A stretch of DNA of 64,000 nt from Heteronotia binoei (GCF_032191835.1 NC_083230.1:133176001-133240000); one strand, 5' to 3'; positions 34,601-48,400 are shown, numbered from the stretch's first letter. The notes: generated by a model from the letters alone, not told the origin. Numbers and translations are program-made.

Positions 34601-37600
34601 AAGGGTCATGAACAGGTGGATAAGGTGGAAAGGTTTACGCCTCATTGTCATTTAAGATCACCAACTAACAAGCAGTTATGGGGCGCTGACAACTCTTTGT
34701 GGAAGACTTTGGGCCCGTAACTTGTATTTTTAAAGAAAAGGGAAGAGGTTAAATGTTCCAGTTGGAATCCTCAGATGTTGTCTCAGTACCGGATTGCAGA
34801 ACGTAGGATAGATGGTGCTGCCAGCAGTTTCTTGACTGCCCTTGTGTTGCATAGTCCTACTCATGTCCAAGTCCTATGAAGAAAGGTTGAAGGAGCTGGG
34901 GATGTTTAGCCTGAAGAGCAGGAGGTGGCTGAGAGGTGATACGATCACCATCTTCAAGTCCCTGAAGGGCTGTCATATAGAGGAGGGTGTGGAATTCTTT
35001 TCTGTGGCCCCGGAAGGTAGGACCCAGAACCAATGGGTTGAAATTAAATCAAAAGAGTTTCCGGCTCAACATTAGGAAGAACTTTCTGACTGTGAGAGCG
35101 GTTCCTCAGTGGAACATGCTTTCTCCTCGGGAGGTGGTGGGCTCTCCTTCCTTGGAGGTTTTTCAACAGAGGCTAGATGGCCCTCTGAAAGCAATGAGGA
35201 TCCTGTGAATTTAGGGGGAGGGGTTTGTGAGTTTAGAGTGGTTCCTCAGTGGAACAGGCTTCCTCCTGGGGAGGTGGTGGGCTCTCCTTCCTTGGAGGTT
35301 TTTCAACAGAGGCTAGATGGCCATCTGACAGCAATGAGGATCCTGTGAATTTAGGGGGAGGGGTTTGTGAGTTTAGAGCGGTTCCTCAGTGGAACAGGCT
35401 TCCTCCTTGGGAGGTGGTGGGCTCTCCTTCCTTGGAGGTTTTTCAACAGAGGCTAGATGGCCATCTGACAGCGATGAAGATCCTGTGAATTCAGGGGGAG
35501 GGGTTTGTGAGTTTAGAGCGGTTGCTCAGTGGAACAGGCTTCCCCCTTGGGAGGTGGTGGGCTCTCCTGCCTTGGAGGTTTTTCAGCAGAGGCTAGATGA
35601 CCATCTGACAGCAATGAGGATCCTGTGAATTTAGGGGGAGGTGTTTGTGGGTTTCCTGCATTGTGCAGGGGGTTGGACTAGGTGACCCTGGAGGTCCCTT
35701 CCAACTCTACGATTCTGTGATTCTTCGGGAGGTGGTGGGCTCTCCTTCCCTGGAGGTTTTTAAACAGAGGCTAGATGGCCATCTGATGGCAATGATCCTG
35801 TGAATGTAGGGGGAGGTGTTTGTGAGTTTCCTGCATTTTGCATGGGGTTGGACTAGATGACCCTGGGGATCCCTTCCAATTCTTATGCTTCTGTGTGTTG
35901 CTCAGATGAAACAGCAGCTCCTTGACAAGACCAAACCCTGAGTGGAAGACCAACCTCCCTCTCTTTGGAAGGCTTGGAGCTTTTCCTCTCCAAGACAGAT
36001 GAGGCTCTGGTGGGGAAGACCAGACATTCTGCAGGGCCTGTGAAATGGAGCTGTCCCCCACCCCCCTTTCAGCGGAGCGGAGGCAGTGGGCATCCCCTGC
36101 GGTTAGTGGCTTGACGGCCAGCAGCACTGCTCAGAAGGCTCCACTTGAGGCAGCTGGCACTCTGGTTTGCCTGGTACTAAATTTAAAACGTTCAGGGTGT
36201 TTATATTGTCTGACCTTGGTATTCTTCATGGTCACAGTCATGTGTGTTCTTGCAACCGGCCCTGAGCCTGCCTGAGGAAAATAAGTAAATACACATCGGA
36301 GCATGGTGAAGTTCCAGGGGGCTAAACAGTACTCCAGATCTTCATGCCCCTTTTTGTGTAGGGGTCAGAGAGAGATCAACCCCAAATGTGGTTCCAGCTT
36401 TCCTGCAGCCCCCCTAAGCCTCTTGTCACGCCCAGCAAATCAGAAGACTCCATGGGTAAAAGATGACGTAGCTGTTGCTCTCCAAAAGCCCTTCTGTCTT
36501 CCCACAAGCAAGGTTCCCCTTCCTGGCAACTGAAATCCCTTCACTTCCCAGTGTAGAGGACAAGTGGAGTCACCTTCCAGCCATCTCTGAAGTGACTCCT
36601 GAAGCTCCTCCCCTGTGGTCAGCCCTGGCGGTGCTCCTGGCCTCTGGCTCTTTCCTCCTGCTGCTTCAGGCAGTGCCCTGCACCCTCCGGGGTCCCCGTG
36701 GCCAGACCCTGCAGGGGAGACTGTGGCCCACCTGAGCAGCGTGAGGGTGGGGAGGCATCTAGTTGGTCACAGGAGCCCTTAAAGGCCGACAGCATTTATC
36801 CTGCCATCCAGCTGACTCATCAGGTGCACAGAAGGTGTCCATGCAGAGCCATGAAACTGATGCTTCGTCAGCCTCAGTTCATGTAGAAGACCATGGTGTG
36901 GGTGGAGGCTGTGAGGAGCAATTGCTTGGAGCCTGTTTTGCTGTTCAGTAATAGATTATAATCCCTAGGGACCTCTAGCCTCCTGCTCGATGCAGGAAAC
37001 TCACAAATGCCTCTCCACACAGACACCCCCAGTGGCACTTGCTCCACACCCAGCAGATAGCAACCCCCCCCCCCCCACCTCCCAGTGTTGTGTTCTTGTC
37101 TGTAAGGACAAGTTTTGAATTACCTGCGGCCACATCCCTAATTTAGGAAATGGCTTCCAAAGGGCTTCCACAATATTGTCAGTTTTAGACAGATGTTCTC
37201 CAGTGCTTGTCCTGGTAGCGTGTGGGAATTATCCTTTGTCTATCATTTTAAAGTTACAGAAACAAAGAGGATTATACAGCACATTGGTGCAGTTGTCGCA
37301 TCAGACCCGTAATTGCTGATTGTCGTTTCATCCTCCCAGTCAATTGGAGATCAGTGGCTTTACTAAACCAAACTGGGAATGGGGTGTGTGTGTGTGTTTG
37401 TGGGGGGGGGGGGGGAGTTCCTTTAGCATTTCTGTTCCAGTGCTCATCTCCCATACTCTTCATCCAAGCCCTGCCACAGACTGCCCACCTGTCCCTCACA
37501 GAGGAGGCTGGAACACTGAGCAGCCCTCTGGAGCAGCTCGACATCCTGTCTGGTGGGTTGGCTGGTGAGCTTCCATGGGGCAGAAATGGCACCCCCTCCC

Positions 37601-40600
37601 CAGCCACCAAGCACAGTGTAAGCAAAGGCTTAGCTCTTGAAGCCTCCCTGCAGAGAAGCAGATAGCTGCTTGCTTTTTGGAGCCCCCTTTGCACCCCTCC
37701 CTTTGGTCCTTCTGCTTGCTTTGAAGGATGCCTCTGAGCCGGCAAGCCCCTCGGTGTGGCAGCAGCAGCAGGGGCTCTGCCTTTCCTGTTGCCCTTTTCT
37801 TCCAAGCCCCCCTCCCTGGCCATGACGTCAAGCTTCTGTCTTCCTCACAAGCCATGGCTGAGAACTGGCCCTGCTTAAGCAACCTGGGGAAAGGTCCCTC
37901 TGTTAAAATAGAATGGATCTGTTCTCCTGACGGTCCTGGGCAAGGCAGTGGCAGTGCCAGCTGGAGGATTGCTTGCCTCAGTGTCCTGATGGGCTGGTGG
38001 AACCCTGGCTGTCTCCCACCACGAGCCCAGCCCTTGTGCCGTGTCCCCTGCAAGGGCAAAGGAAGTGGCCATCGTGAATCCCACCCCGCCCCTTCTCTCT
38101 TAGGCCTTCCCGCCCACCTGGCCTGTCTTTCTCTGCAAGTGTGTGAGTTACATGTTGTTTCCAAAGGGAGATGCTCTTGAGGCTGTCCCAGATGTTGTCC
38201 TGATCTGGTGGTGAGCATGCTGTGCAGTTCATAGACCTTGTGCTCCTCTCCCCCTCCAGTTATTCCAGACATGCTGCCTGGTGCAAAGGATCCTGGATGC
38301 CTGGGAGGCAAACGACAAAATACAGTAAGGCGCTTTCTGCTTCTGCTGTAGCTCTGGGCTTGGATTGTGACAACTTGTGTCCCATTAACCATCCTCAGGT
38401 GTGGCTTTGCCAAGTCAAAACATTGATTGCATGGTGTGTGCAAGAGCAGCCCCCCCCCCCCCCCCCCCGGTGCTGACTGTCCCCGCCCTCTGGGGCCAAC
38501 CACCAAGCCCCCCCCCCCCGTGCCGACTGCCCCTGCTCTCTGGGGCCGACCACCAAGCCCCCCTGTGCTGACTGCCCCCCCCCCCGTGCCGACTGCCCCC
38601 ACCCTCTGGGGCCAACCACCAAGTGTCCCCATGCCGACTGTCCCCGCCCTCTGGGGCTGACCACCAAGCCCCCCCCCGCTTCAGAGTTTCCTCACAAACA
38701 TGCTCCATTTTCCTGTGGGGCATCCCCCACCCCTTTCTTCTTCTTTTAGTGGGAGGGGAGCCCCAGAGGAGGAAGCAGGCAGGTGTTTATGGATGAGTAG
38801 TTCATAAATGTTTTAATGAGTGGTTTGTTTTCAGAATAAATCCTTCAGAAGATTGTTCAGAATATTATTGGCAGAATAAAACCATCTCAGAAGCAATGGG
38901 CAGAAAAGCTCCCTTGGCTTTACAGCAGAAGTGCCTTTGGGGACTCACCCAGCTCTCCACACCTATGAAAGCCAGAAGGAAGGTTTTCTTCCTTCAAACG
39001 GAGCTTTCCCGCTGCGTACCAAATCCACATGGAGTGTGATAATCCAGTGTGAAAGTAGCCCATCCAACACATAATGGGCTCTGGGCTGTGTCTGGCCCTC
39101 TGAGGCCAGCTGGCCTGGTGTTGCCAGGGAGGTCAGTCATGTTTGGCCAGTGGTCAGCCATCTTCTTCCAGAAAGGCCCCGTCTCCTTCCTGTTTGCAGC
39201 CCAGCAGCTGTCATTCAGTGGCACGGAGAAGCCAGTGCAGTCTGTGGCTCTTCTGTTCCAAAGCAGGTTCTCACTGGCTTGTGGAAGACATCCTGGCAGC
39301 AGATCAGTACCTTGGCTGAGCTGCTCCCAGATTGGTCTCCTGCTCTGGCATTTTGAGAAGTGTGAAGAAAAAGTTTTCCTTATTCACACTTGAATTGTAC
39401 GGGAAATGTTGCAGGCTCAGTGGCGGGGCTGTGAGCCCTCCAAAGTGGTAGCATGGCCCGTCAGACCCACATTGAGTGGCCTCCTTAATAATTTCAGTTG
39501 CCTTTTCACAATGCTATAATATCTTTTTTGAGGTGTGACCAGAACTGTACGTAGGAGTCCAAATGTGGCCACACCATCAATTTATACAGGGGCACCGTGA
39601 TACTGGCTGAGTTGTTTTCAGTTCCTTTCCTAATCCCCAGCATAGCATTTGTCTTTTTTATTGCTGTCGCGCACTAGATCAGTGTTTTCAGTGAGTTATC
39701 TAATACTCGAAGATCGGGTCAGTCTCTGCCTGTTCAGACCCCATCAGCATGTATTTATAGTTACGAGTTTTTGCACTTGTTAATTTGCACTTGTTCACAT
39801 TGAGACTTCTTTGCCATGTTGATGCCTCAGTGGATCCCTCTGAAGCACCTTTGCCGCTCACTGCCTGTGTTCATTCTCTTTGATTTACCTCACTTGGACT
39901 AGCCTTCCACTGCTTAAAGAAATCCTTATCTTTTACTGCTTCCATTACTTTGTTAATCATGCAGGCCTTTTAAAATACCTATTTGTACCTTTCCTGACCT
40001 GTGATAACACATTTTACCTGAACTTCCAGGATTGCAGCTTTAAATAGTCTCCAGGCTTCCTGAAGAGATTTGACCCTCCTCACATTTCCTTTCAGTCTCT
40101 TCCCCACAAGCCCCCATCTCAGAGAAGCTACCCCTTTTAAAGTTAAAAGTGGTTGTGTTGGTCTTCTTACAGAAAGGTTATGGTCACTGGTTCCCAAGCA
40201 CTGCAGTCACTTTTCCATCTCTCACCAGGGCTTGGGCATTACTTAGGACCAAGTCCAGGATTGCCTCCTCCCCTGGTAGGTTCTGTGGCCATCTGCTTCA
40301 CGGCACAATCACTGAGAGAGTCCAGTCTTTGTCTCTGACTTGAATACATAATGGCCCAATCAACACGTGGGCAATTAAGGTCACCTATTATAACACAGTT
40401 ATTTCATCTAGCTGCTTCCCTTTTTTGCTCTTTTTAAGTCCTCCTCTAACTTTGATCAGGTGGGCAAGAACAGACTCCTTTCCGTTAAGCTTCCTTTTGA
40501 GCACACTATTTCCACTCATAGTTTTTCTGTTTCTCTTACCTTCTCTGTCTTCCTGGGCTGTCTGTCCTCTCTGATGTACAGAGCCACTCCACCTCCAGCC

Positions 40601-42368
40601 CTTCCCTCCCTGTCCTCGCGATGTAATTTCAGTCCTGGGACCCCACTGGTTTTCCTCACCCCTCACATCCCCTTTGGAAGGGAGCCCCTTCCAAAGAAGA
40701 AGAAGAAGATGATGATATTGGATTTATATCCCGCCCTCCACTCCGAAGAGTCTCAGAGCGGCTCACAATCTCCTTTACCTTCCTCCCCCACAACAGACAC
40801 CCTGTGAGGTGCGTGGGGCTGGAGAGGGCTCTCACAGCAGCTGCCCTTTCAAGGACAACCTCTGCCAGAGCTATGACTGACCCAAGGCCATTCCAGCAGG
40901 TGCAAGCGGAGGAGTGGGGAATCAAACCCGGTTCTCCCAGATAAGAGTCCACACGCTTAACACTACCCCAAACTGGCTCTCCAAGAGAGCCAGAGCTGTG
41001 ATGGGAAAGGTCCAGACTCTGGTTGATGCCAGACAGCCCACCTTAAGTGGTGGGGTCAGCAAAAGATGTCTGCCTGGCTGTCATAGTTGGCACACAGGCA
41101 GGGTCACATGGGAAAAGGCAGTCCTTCAGATACTTGGGTCTGAGATTATGAAGGGCTTGAAAGGTCCTAACCAGCACTGTGAATTGAACTCAAAAACAGA
41201 CCGACAGCCAGTGTAACTGTTTCAAAATGGGCAGTATATGTTCCCAGCAGCTAGCCCCTGGCTGTAGTCAGGCTGCCGTGTTCTGGACCAGTGGTAGTTT
41301 TCTGGTTGTCTTCGAGGGCAGCCCCACGTAGAGCATATTGTAGTAATCCAGCTGTGAGTTTACAGAAATATTGATCAACACAGCCAGGTCAGCTGAGAGA
41401 ATTGACAAATCAGATGCATCTGATAGAAGTCGCTCCTGGCTGTTGTGCCATTCTTTCTATCACATACAAAGCCCTTGACCGTCTGACCTGTGGGGCTGCC
41501 TCTCCCCCATGCCCACTGGAGCAGGGCCTCCTGCAGGTGCCACCCTGAAAATGGGCAGCGGCTGCACAGCACCCAGTCTTCTCTGTTGTGGCCCCCTCTA
41601 ATGGAACGAGGGCCGGAAGACTCCCACCCTCCTGGCTTTCTGTGCTCCATACAACACTGAATGAATTCTGGAGGGGATTTGGGCTGTACTATAACTGTGT
41701 TTGGATTATGAACTATACCACTGTTGCTGGAGTTACAACCCTGCCATGTAATCACTGCATTATTTAAGGTGTCCTGTTAATGCCTTGTGCTTCCAGAGCT
41801 CCGTTTTCAGATTTCTGAAGACCAACCCTTACTGCTTTGTCTGTTGGATGCCCCCTCCTGTTGAGAGGGGCTTTGACTTGTGCTGTGGCATCTGCCTGGA
41901 GTCTTGGGGGGGTGCAGGTGGACTATGAATAATGTAGATGAATAAAACCAGGGGCTGCCCTCCCAGCCTCCCTGTCCACCCCCCCCCCCCGGGTGGCTGC
42001 TGGAGGAGGACCCCTGTAGGGCAGCTGCTGCTGCTGCTGAGGGATCTGCCTCTTCCTCTGTTAGGCAGTCCGGCCTGGTCTCATTTGTTCTGCTGGAGAC
42101 ACTCTTGGCAGCTGTTTCTCAGCCATGCACCCCCACCCCCCCGGCTGGTGCATCTTTTCCACATCCCTGTCTTCAAGGGGAAAGAAACATTTGAGCACCA
42201 GGGTTTTTCCTCACCAAAGGATGGGCAGGTGTCTCTCCCCCCCAACCCGGCACAGTCTTCAGTAAAGATTCAGCCACATTCCTTCTTAAGAACATAAGAG
42301 AAGCCATGTTGGATCAGGCCAATGGCCCATCCAGTCCAACACTCTGTGTCACACAGTGGCAAAATTTT

Positions 42369-42405
<37 letters not shown>

Positions 42406-45400
42406 TGGCTAATAGCCACTGATGGACCTGTGCTCCATATTTTTATCTAAACCCCTCTTGAAGGTGGCTATGCTTGTGGCCGCCGCCACCTCCTGTGGCA
42501 GTGAATTCCACATGTTAATCACCCTTTGGGTGAAGAAGGACTTCCTTTTATCCATTTTAACCTTATTGTTCTTACCTTTTCTTCCCAGCTTCTCCCCCCC
42601 CCCCTTAGTGTTCAGCACTCTGTTTGGGATTGGTTGTTCTAGTCAGGTGATTCCCCCCTTGGGGAGGCATGATCGGATGGCCCAGCGCCAGCCAGCCTGA
42701 TCCAAAGGCTTCCAGCTGATCCAGCTTCCTGGCATGTGTGCCTGGCTTTCCGGAGCAGGGAGGAGGCACAACTCCTCCTCCTCCAGTGAGATCGACACAC
42801 CTCATGGTTGCGCTGGATCCTGCTCTTTTGCTGGAGAAATAGACAACCCAGCTGGCTCTTCAGGACTAGGGAGCTGTAAGGTGCTTTACCTGCCCGTGGA
42901 GAACAGCCCACACCTGGCTATTGGCAGGAGGGATTTGCTGCCCTGGCTGCCAGTTTGCTTCTCTGTTCCATTCCCTTCCATTTCGAGGGCTGGCTGGCAT
43001 TGACCTTGAAAGAAAGACCTTCATTCACTGGGACCCTCCACACTGCAAGGCCTAACCCTACCCAGCCCACATGTGCCCACAAGGCAGCCACAATAACCAG
43101 GCCAGGAATTACTAGTAGGTTCTCCATCCAGGTTGGTGAAAACAGTTTTAGCTTGGGGTTTCTTTCTCTGTGACAGTACCTGTGTTAGGCAGTGGATTTC
43201 TCAAGAAAGTGACGAAGGCTTCTGCCAAACTTCAGCACGTTTTGGAGGCTCTGTAAAGCAGGTTTTCTGACATGCTTTTGATGGCCCATGAATGGGTCTC
43301 CTTTCCTGCATTTCTGCATTTGTTTCTAATTTCCCATAAGCTGCTTTGAGTCCCATTGCTCAGGAGACAAATAGGCTGTAACTGTCTTAAATGAACAGAA
43401 GAAGGTGCCAGCTGCAGACCGCCCCCCCCCCCCCAAATAAGTTTCTGTCTGGAGATCAGGGGTCAGTGGCCTCCACAGAGAATGGAGCTCTATGTCTTTG
43501 CCATCACCCCCCCTCCTCTCCTGGTGCTTTTGTGAAACTCTTTTGGGATGCAGCGGAGGCCTCGTCTTCTGTGACTTCCTGGATTCAGTGGTAGGAGGTG
43601 AGGTACTTGGGGGACTGGGTGGGTCTGCTGCCGCCTCAACAACCTGATCATGCTTAACGGGCCAAGCAGAATTTTCAGAGCAGGATCCTCCCCCGACTGT
43701 GAGCCTGCCCGTCCAGGTCAGCTTTGTCTCTGACTGCCTCTGATCTCATCTGGATTAAGCTTCTGTTGGATTGCTCACATCTGGCTCTTTACACCACTGA
43801 TTAGAGGTCTCTGCTGGCTTGTTGGAGTCAGATGAGAAGGAAGGACTGGTCCAGATCTTTGGGTCATTTCTCTCATTAGTTTCAAGTGGAGAGTTAAACA
43901 GATGGGAGAAGAGTGGGAGTCTTGTGCCCCCCCCCATTGTGGCAAAGAGCGAGGAGTGGGACAGTGTCGCCCTGGGGCACCTGTCCACCAGGGGGGAAGG
44001 CGGCCCTGGCAAGACACCATGCCAGCGGAGGATGCTGTGGTGGATGGTCCCGAAGGCCCCTGAGAGCCCCCTGTGTGCTCTGCCCCCTGTGGCCCTTGAA
44101 CGGCACAGCCAAGGCCATACCCCAGAGAGAAAAGCATCTAGAGCTCGTGTTTCATCCAGAAGACCATGGAGCTGTACTGTTACCCCCGTCTCTATCCCCG
44201 TGCCCTGGGAAGTGGAAATTCAGTACCTGTGAATGCTTAAGGACAGATATGTTTCCAGAGCAGTTTCTAGTTTTCCCAGGGAACTGATAGGATGGTATTG
44301 AGTTCAGATGAAACTGACCGTAGGAAAAGCATTCTGGGCCTGGGTGGGGGATCTAGCCCAGCAGCAGCAGCCACTTTGGGGTTGGTGTCTGTGTTCCAGC
44401 TTAACCCTGGGGTTTCCTTTCCTTGGTATGAAAGCAAAACCAGGGGAGGAGTTTTGTGAGATGCATGTAGAGAGTCACTGGGTGCCTTCAGCCTGACCTG
44501 ACTCTGTTGCTGTGGAAATAAAGTAGTTGAGGAGAGAGCTGTGGCGAGTCAGGCTGGAAGTGCGTCACGTCCTGCATTCAAGCACACTGTTCTTAGTGGG
44601 GAGGCTGGTGTTCTTCCAGGCAAAAGGTGTCCATGGGCTGCCTGCCTGCCTGTCTGTGGCTGCAGCCCCAGGAGAAGTCTTCGCTGGCCCTGTGTCAGAT
44701 CTTTTTGTGGCCCCTCAGGAGGAGTCCCCCAGCAAGAAAGGGAAGGAAGGCTGCTGCTGCCCAGGGGGCTCTGCTGCCAGGGCCTCCCCAAGAGACCCTC
44801 ACGACAACCCAGCAGAGCAGGTGATGCCGGGAGTGGCAGCAGGCAAGTCTGAGCCTCCTGAGCTGTCTCGTTCCTGGACGCTCAAATGACCACACTGGAT
44901 TGGCTCTGCAGGCGAAACACAGGCGGGGCAGCACTGTGGCCCACCTTCCGTTGGCTCTTCTCTCGGCTTCCTCCTTGCCGGGACAGCTTGGGCAGGTCAC
45001 GCTGGCTGGAATGCGATGCGGAAGAGCTTCTGGCTGCTGTTTTGCACCTAGCTGTAGTCACAACCTGAGGATGGCAAGCTGCTTCCCCTTGGCCTGACCA
45101 CTTCTTTTTCTCCCTCCCTCCCCCCCCCCCCCCCAGGGCAGAAGGTGGAATGAGGAGGGGCAACATGGGCCACCTGACCCGCATTGCCAACACGGTGGTG
45201 CAGAATGTGGAGAAAGGCCCCATGCAGGCCCAGCTCTGCGAGGTCATTCGAGGTAAGAGGGAGGGGAGGTGTTGCTGTTGCCCTCCACATTGCTGCTTGG
45301 GTACCCGCTCCTTCTCTCTGCCAATCGCTTCTGCCAGCAGGAGCTGCCTTGGGGGGCTCACTTGGTTTCAGACTGCAGGGCTGCTGAGATGAGGGCAGCT

Positions 45401-48400
45401 CCGGCTGGTGAGTAGCAGCTCCCTGCTTAGACTGAGGTGCCGTGGCCTTCCTTGGCCCGTCTTGTTGTGACCCCTCCCAGACAGAAATGGGTTTGCCCAT
45501 GCTTGTCCACATGCAAGGACAAGAAGGACCCAGTGGGGTTCGATCAGTGGCCCGTGGAGGTGGTTCCCTTTAGTAGCCATTGATGCCCCCCCCCGAATGC
45601 CCTCTCCACTTGTGGCCACCCCGACCACATCCACTGGCTGCGAATCTCACCATCACTGAAGGGATCCCCTTTCTTCTGAATCGGTTGCCCGTCAGCTTCA
45701 TTGGATGCCTCCAAATTCTGGTCTTCGTTTGCTCCACCCTGTGTGTCATCAAGAGACCTGATTTCCAATCTGGATACTGAAATCCGGAGCCCTGGACAGA
45801 CAAGACAGACGTGAGGAAATTGCCAGGTTTGCTGAGAAATCTGCCACAAGAGCAGCAGCAGCATGGGGTGTGCTGTCCAGGCACAGTGAACTCATGGCTG
45901 TCCCACGGGGGTCTCAAGGCAAGGGAGAGGTTGAGAGGGGGGTTCCGGAGTCCTTGGTGGTCTCAGCCAAGTGCTTATTCCTGACTGCTTAGAGCAGCCA
46001 GGCCAAGGCAGCGTTTTCTTCCACTTCAGGAAGGGTCGATCTAGCTGTGGCCGCAGCCAGGCAGGATGCCGGAGTGGGGGTGGGGATACATTTTTGCCAG
46101 CGAAGTTCCAGATCCCTTAAAAGGCACCCTGAGTATGCATGTGTCCTTTGGGTCTTTTTCAATTTGTGTCTGGAGCAGTGTTTCCTCTAAGCTGAGTTAG
46201 TGTGAGCTAGTTTTTTAGCCTCCAGCTCGCACGTTTTTGCCTCAGGTCTGGAAGGATGGTCCCAGAGCTAACTAATTTATTCAGTAGCCAAATTGCTCAC
46301 TCACAACTTTAATACTTCGCAGCTCACAAAGTAGAATTTTTGCTTACAAGACTCCGCAGCTTAGAGGGGGTATTGGTCTGACATGGACAAATTTATTTTT
46401 CTGCAACTTTTTCCTGTTAGGGTTTGGTGTTTGTTGCAGTTCCCTTTTTTGTAGTTCTATTGTGAGTCCTGTCTCAAGGACATGCAGCTTTCATAGAATC
46501 ATAGAGTTGAAAAGGTCATCTTGTCCAACCTCCTGTACAATGCAGGACACTCACAAACACCTCCCCTAAATTCACAGGATCCTCATTGCTGTCAGATGGC
46601 CCTCTAGCCTCTGTTTAAAAACCTCCAAGGAAGGAGAGCCCACCACCTCCCAAGGAGGAAGCCTGTTCCACTGAGGAACCCCTCTAAACTCACAAACCCC
46701 TCTCCCTAAATTCACAGGATCCTCATTGCTGTCAGATGGCCATCTAGCCTCTGCTGAAAAACCTCCAAGGAAGGAGAGCCCACCACCTCCCCAGGAGGAA
46801 GCCTGTTCCACTGAGGAACCGCTCTAAACTCACAAACCCCTCCCCCTAAATTCACAGGATCCTCATTGCTGTCAGATGGCCATCTAGCCTCTGTTGAAAA
46901 ACCTCCAAGGAAGGAGAGCCCACCACCTCCCAAGGAGGAAGCCTGTTCCACTGAGGAACCCCTTTAAACTCACAAACCCCTCCCCCTAAATTCACAGGAT
47001 CCTCATTGTTGTCAGAAGGCCATCTAGCCTCTGCTGAAAAACCTCCAAGGAAGGAGAGCCCACCACCTCCCCAGGAGGAAGCCTGTTCCACTGAGGAACC
47101 GCTCTAAACTCACAAACCCCTCCCCCTAAATTCACAGGATCCTCATTGCTGTCAGATGGCCATCTAGCCTCTGTTGAAAAACCTCCAAGGAAGGAGAGCC
47201 CACCACCTCCCAAGGAGGAAGCCTGTTCCACTGAGGAACCCCTTTAAACTCACAAACCCCTCCCCCTAAATTCACAGGATCCTCATCGCTGTCAGATGGC
47301 CATCTAGCCTCTGCTGAAAAACCTCCAAGGAAGGAGAGCCCACCACCTCCCCAGGAGGAAGCCTGTTCCACTGAGGAACCGCTCTAAACTCACAAACCCC
47401 TCCCCCTAAATTCACAGGATCCTCATTGCTGTCAAGTGGCCATCTAGCCTCTGTTGAAAAACCTCCAAGGAAGGAGAGCCCACCACCTCCCCAGGAGGAA
47501 GCCTGTTCCACTGAGGAACCGCTCTAAACTCACAAACCCCTCCCCTAAAGTCACAGGATCCTCATTGCTGTCAGATGGCCATCTAGCCTCTGTTTAAAAA
47601 CCTCCAAGGAAGGAGAGCCCACCGCCTCCCAAGGAGGAAGCCTGTTTCACTGAGGAACTGCTCTAAACTCACAGACCCCTCCCCCTAAATTCACATATCC
47701 TCATTGCTGTCAGATGGCCATCTAGCCTCTTTTCAAAAACCTCCAAGGAAGGAGAGTCCACCACCTCCCGAGGATGAAGCCTGTTCCACTGAGGAACCGC
47801 TCTAACGGTCAGGAAGTTCTTCCTAATGTTGAGCCGGAAACTTTTTTGATTTAATTGCAACCCCTTGGTTCTGGTCCTACCTTCTGGGGCCACAGAAAAC
47901 AATTCCACCCCATCCTCTATATGACAGACCTTCAAGTCCTTGAAGATGGTGATCCTATCACCGCTCAGCCGCCTCCTCTCCAGACTGAACATCCCCAGCT
48001 CCTTCAGTCTTTCCTCCCATCTTCCATTCAGTCCCTCAACAGAGAGCATCTGGACCATTTCAAGCCATGATCACTGGCTGTGTTCTGCTACAGCCAACTT
48101 TTAGTGGCCTACTTAGTTGCCGTTACTTTAGCATGCTGAGTTAATGAGTTGTAGACTGTCAGTTCCTGAAGATCCAGAATCCAGATAGTTGTTTGCCCTT
48201 TTCTCTGGTTCCTGCAAAAGGTGTTTCTTCCTTCTTTCCATTTAAACCAGTGTTTCCCCCTGCCCCAGGATGAGAACAAGCACCCATCCTGCCCTCTGGT
48301 TGTTAGATGTGCACAGAACAAAATATTTCTGAACCTGTCTGCACTTACTGTCGTTTTCCCTTTGTTTCTGATGTTTAAAGGAATATCCCCATTTGTAGGA

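Noticed and set aside
37496-38632. 378-aa minus-strand ORF overlapping exon 10
   Set aside because: Starts in the G-rich minisatellite, has low complexity and no recognisable homology.
40900-40982. tRNA gene
   Set aside because: A/B-box-like head of a Squam3 SINE; no cloverleaf.
46572-47511. Series of 79-aa ORFs (also 35109-35628)
   Set aside because: Frame artefacts of the 140-bp CR1 3' UTR tandem.
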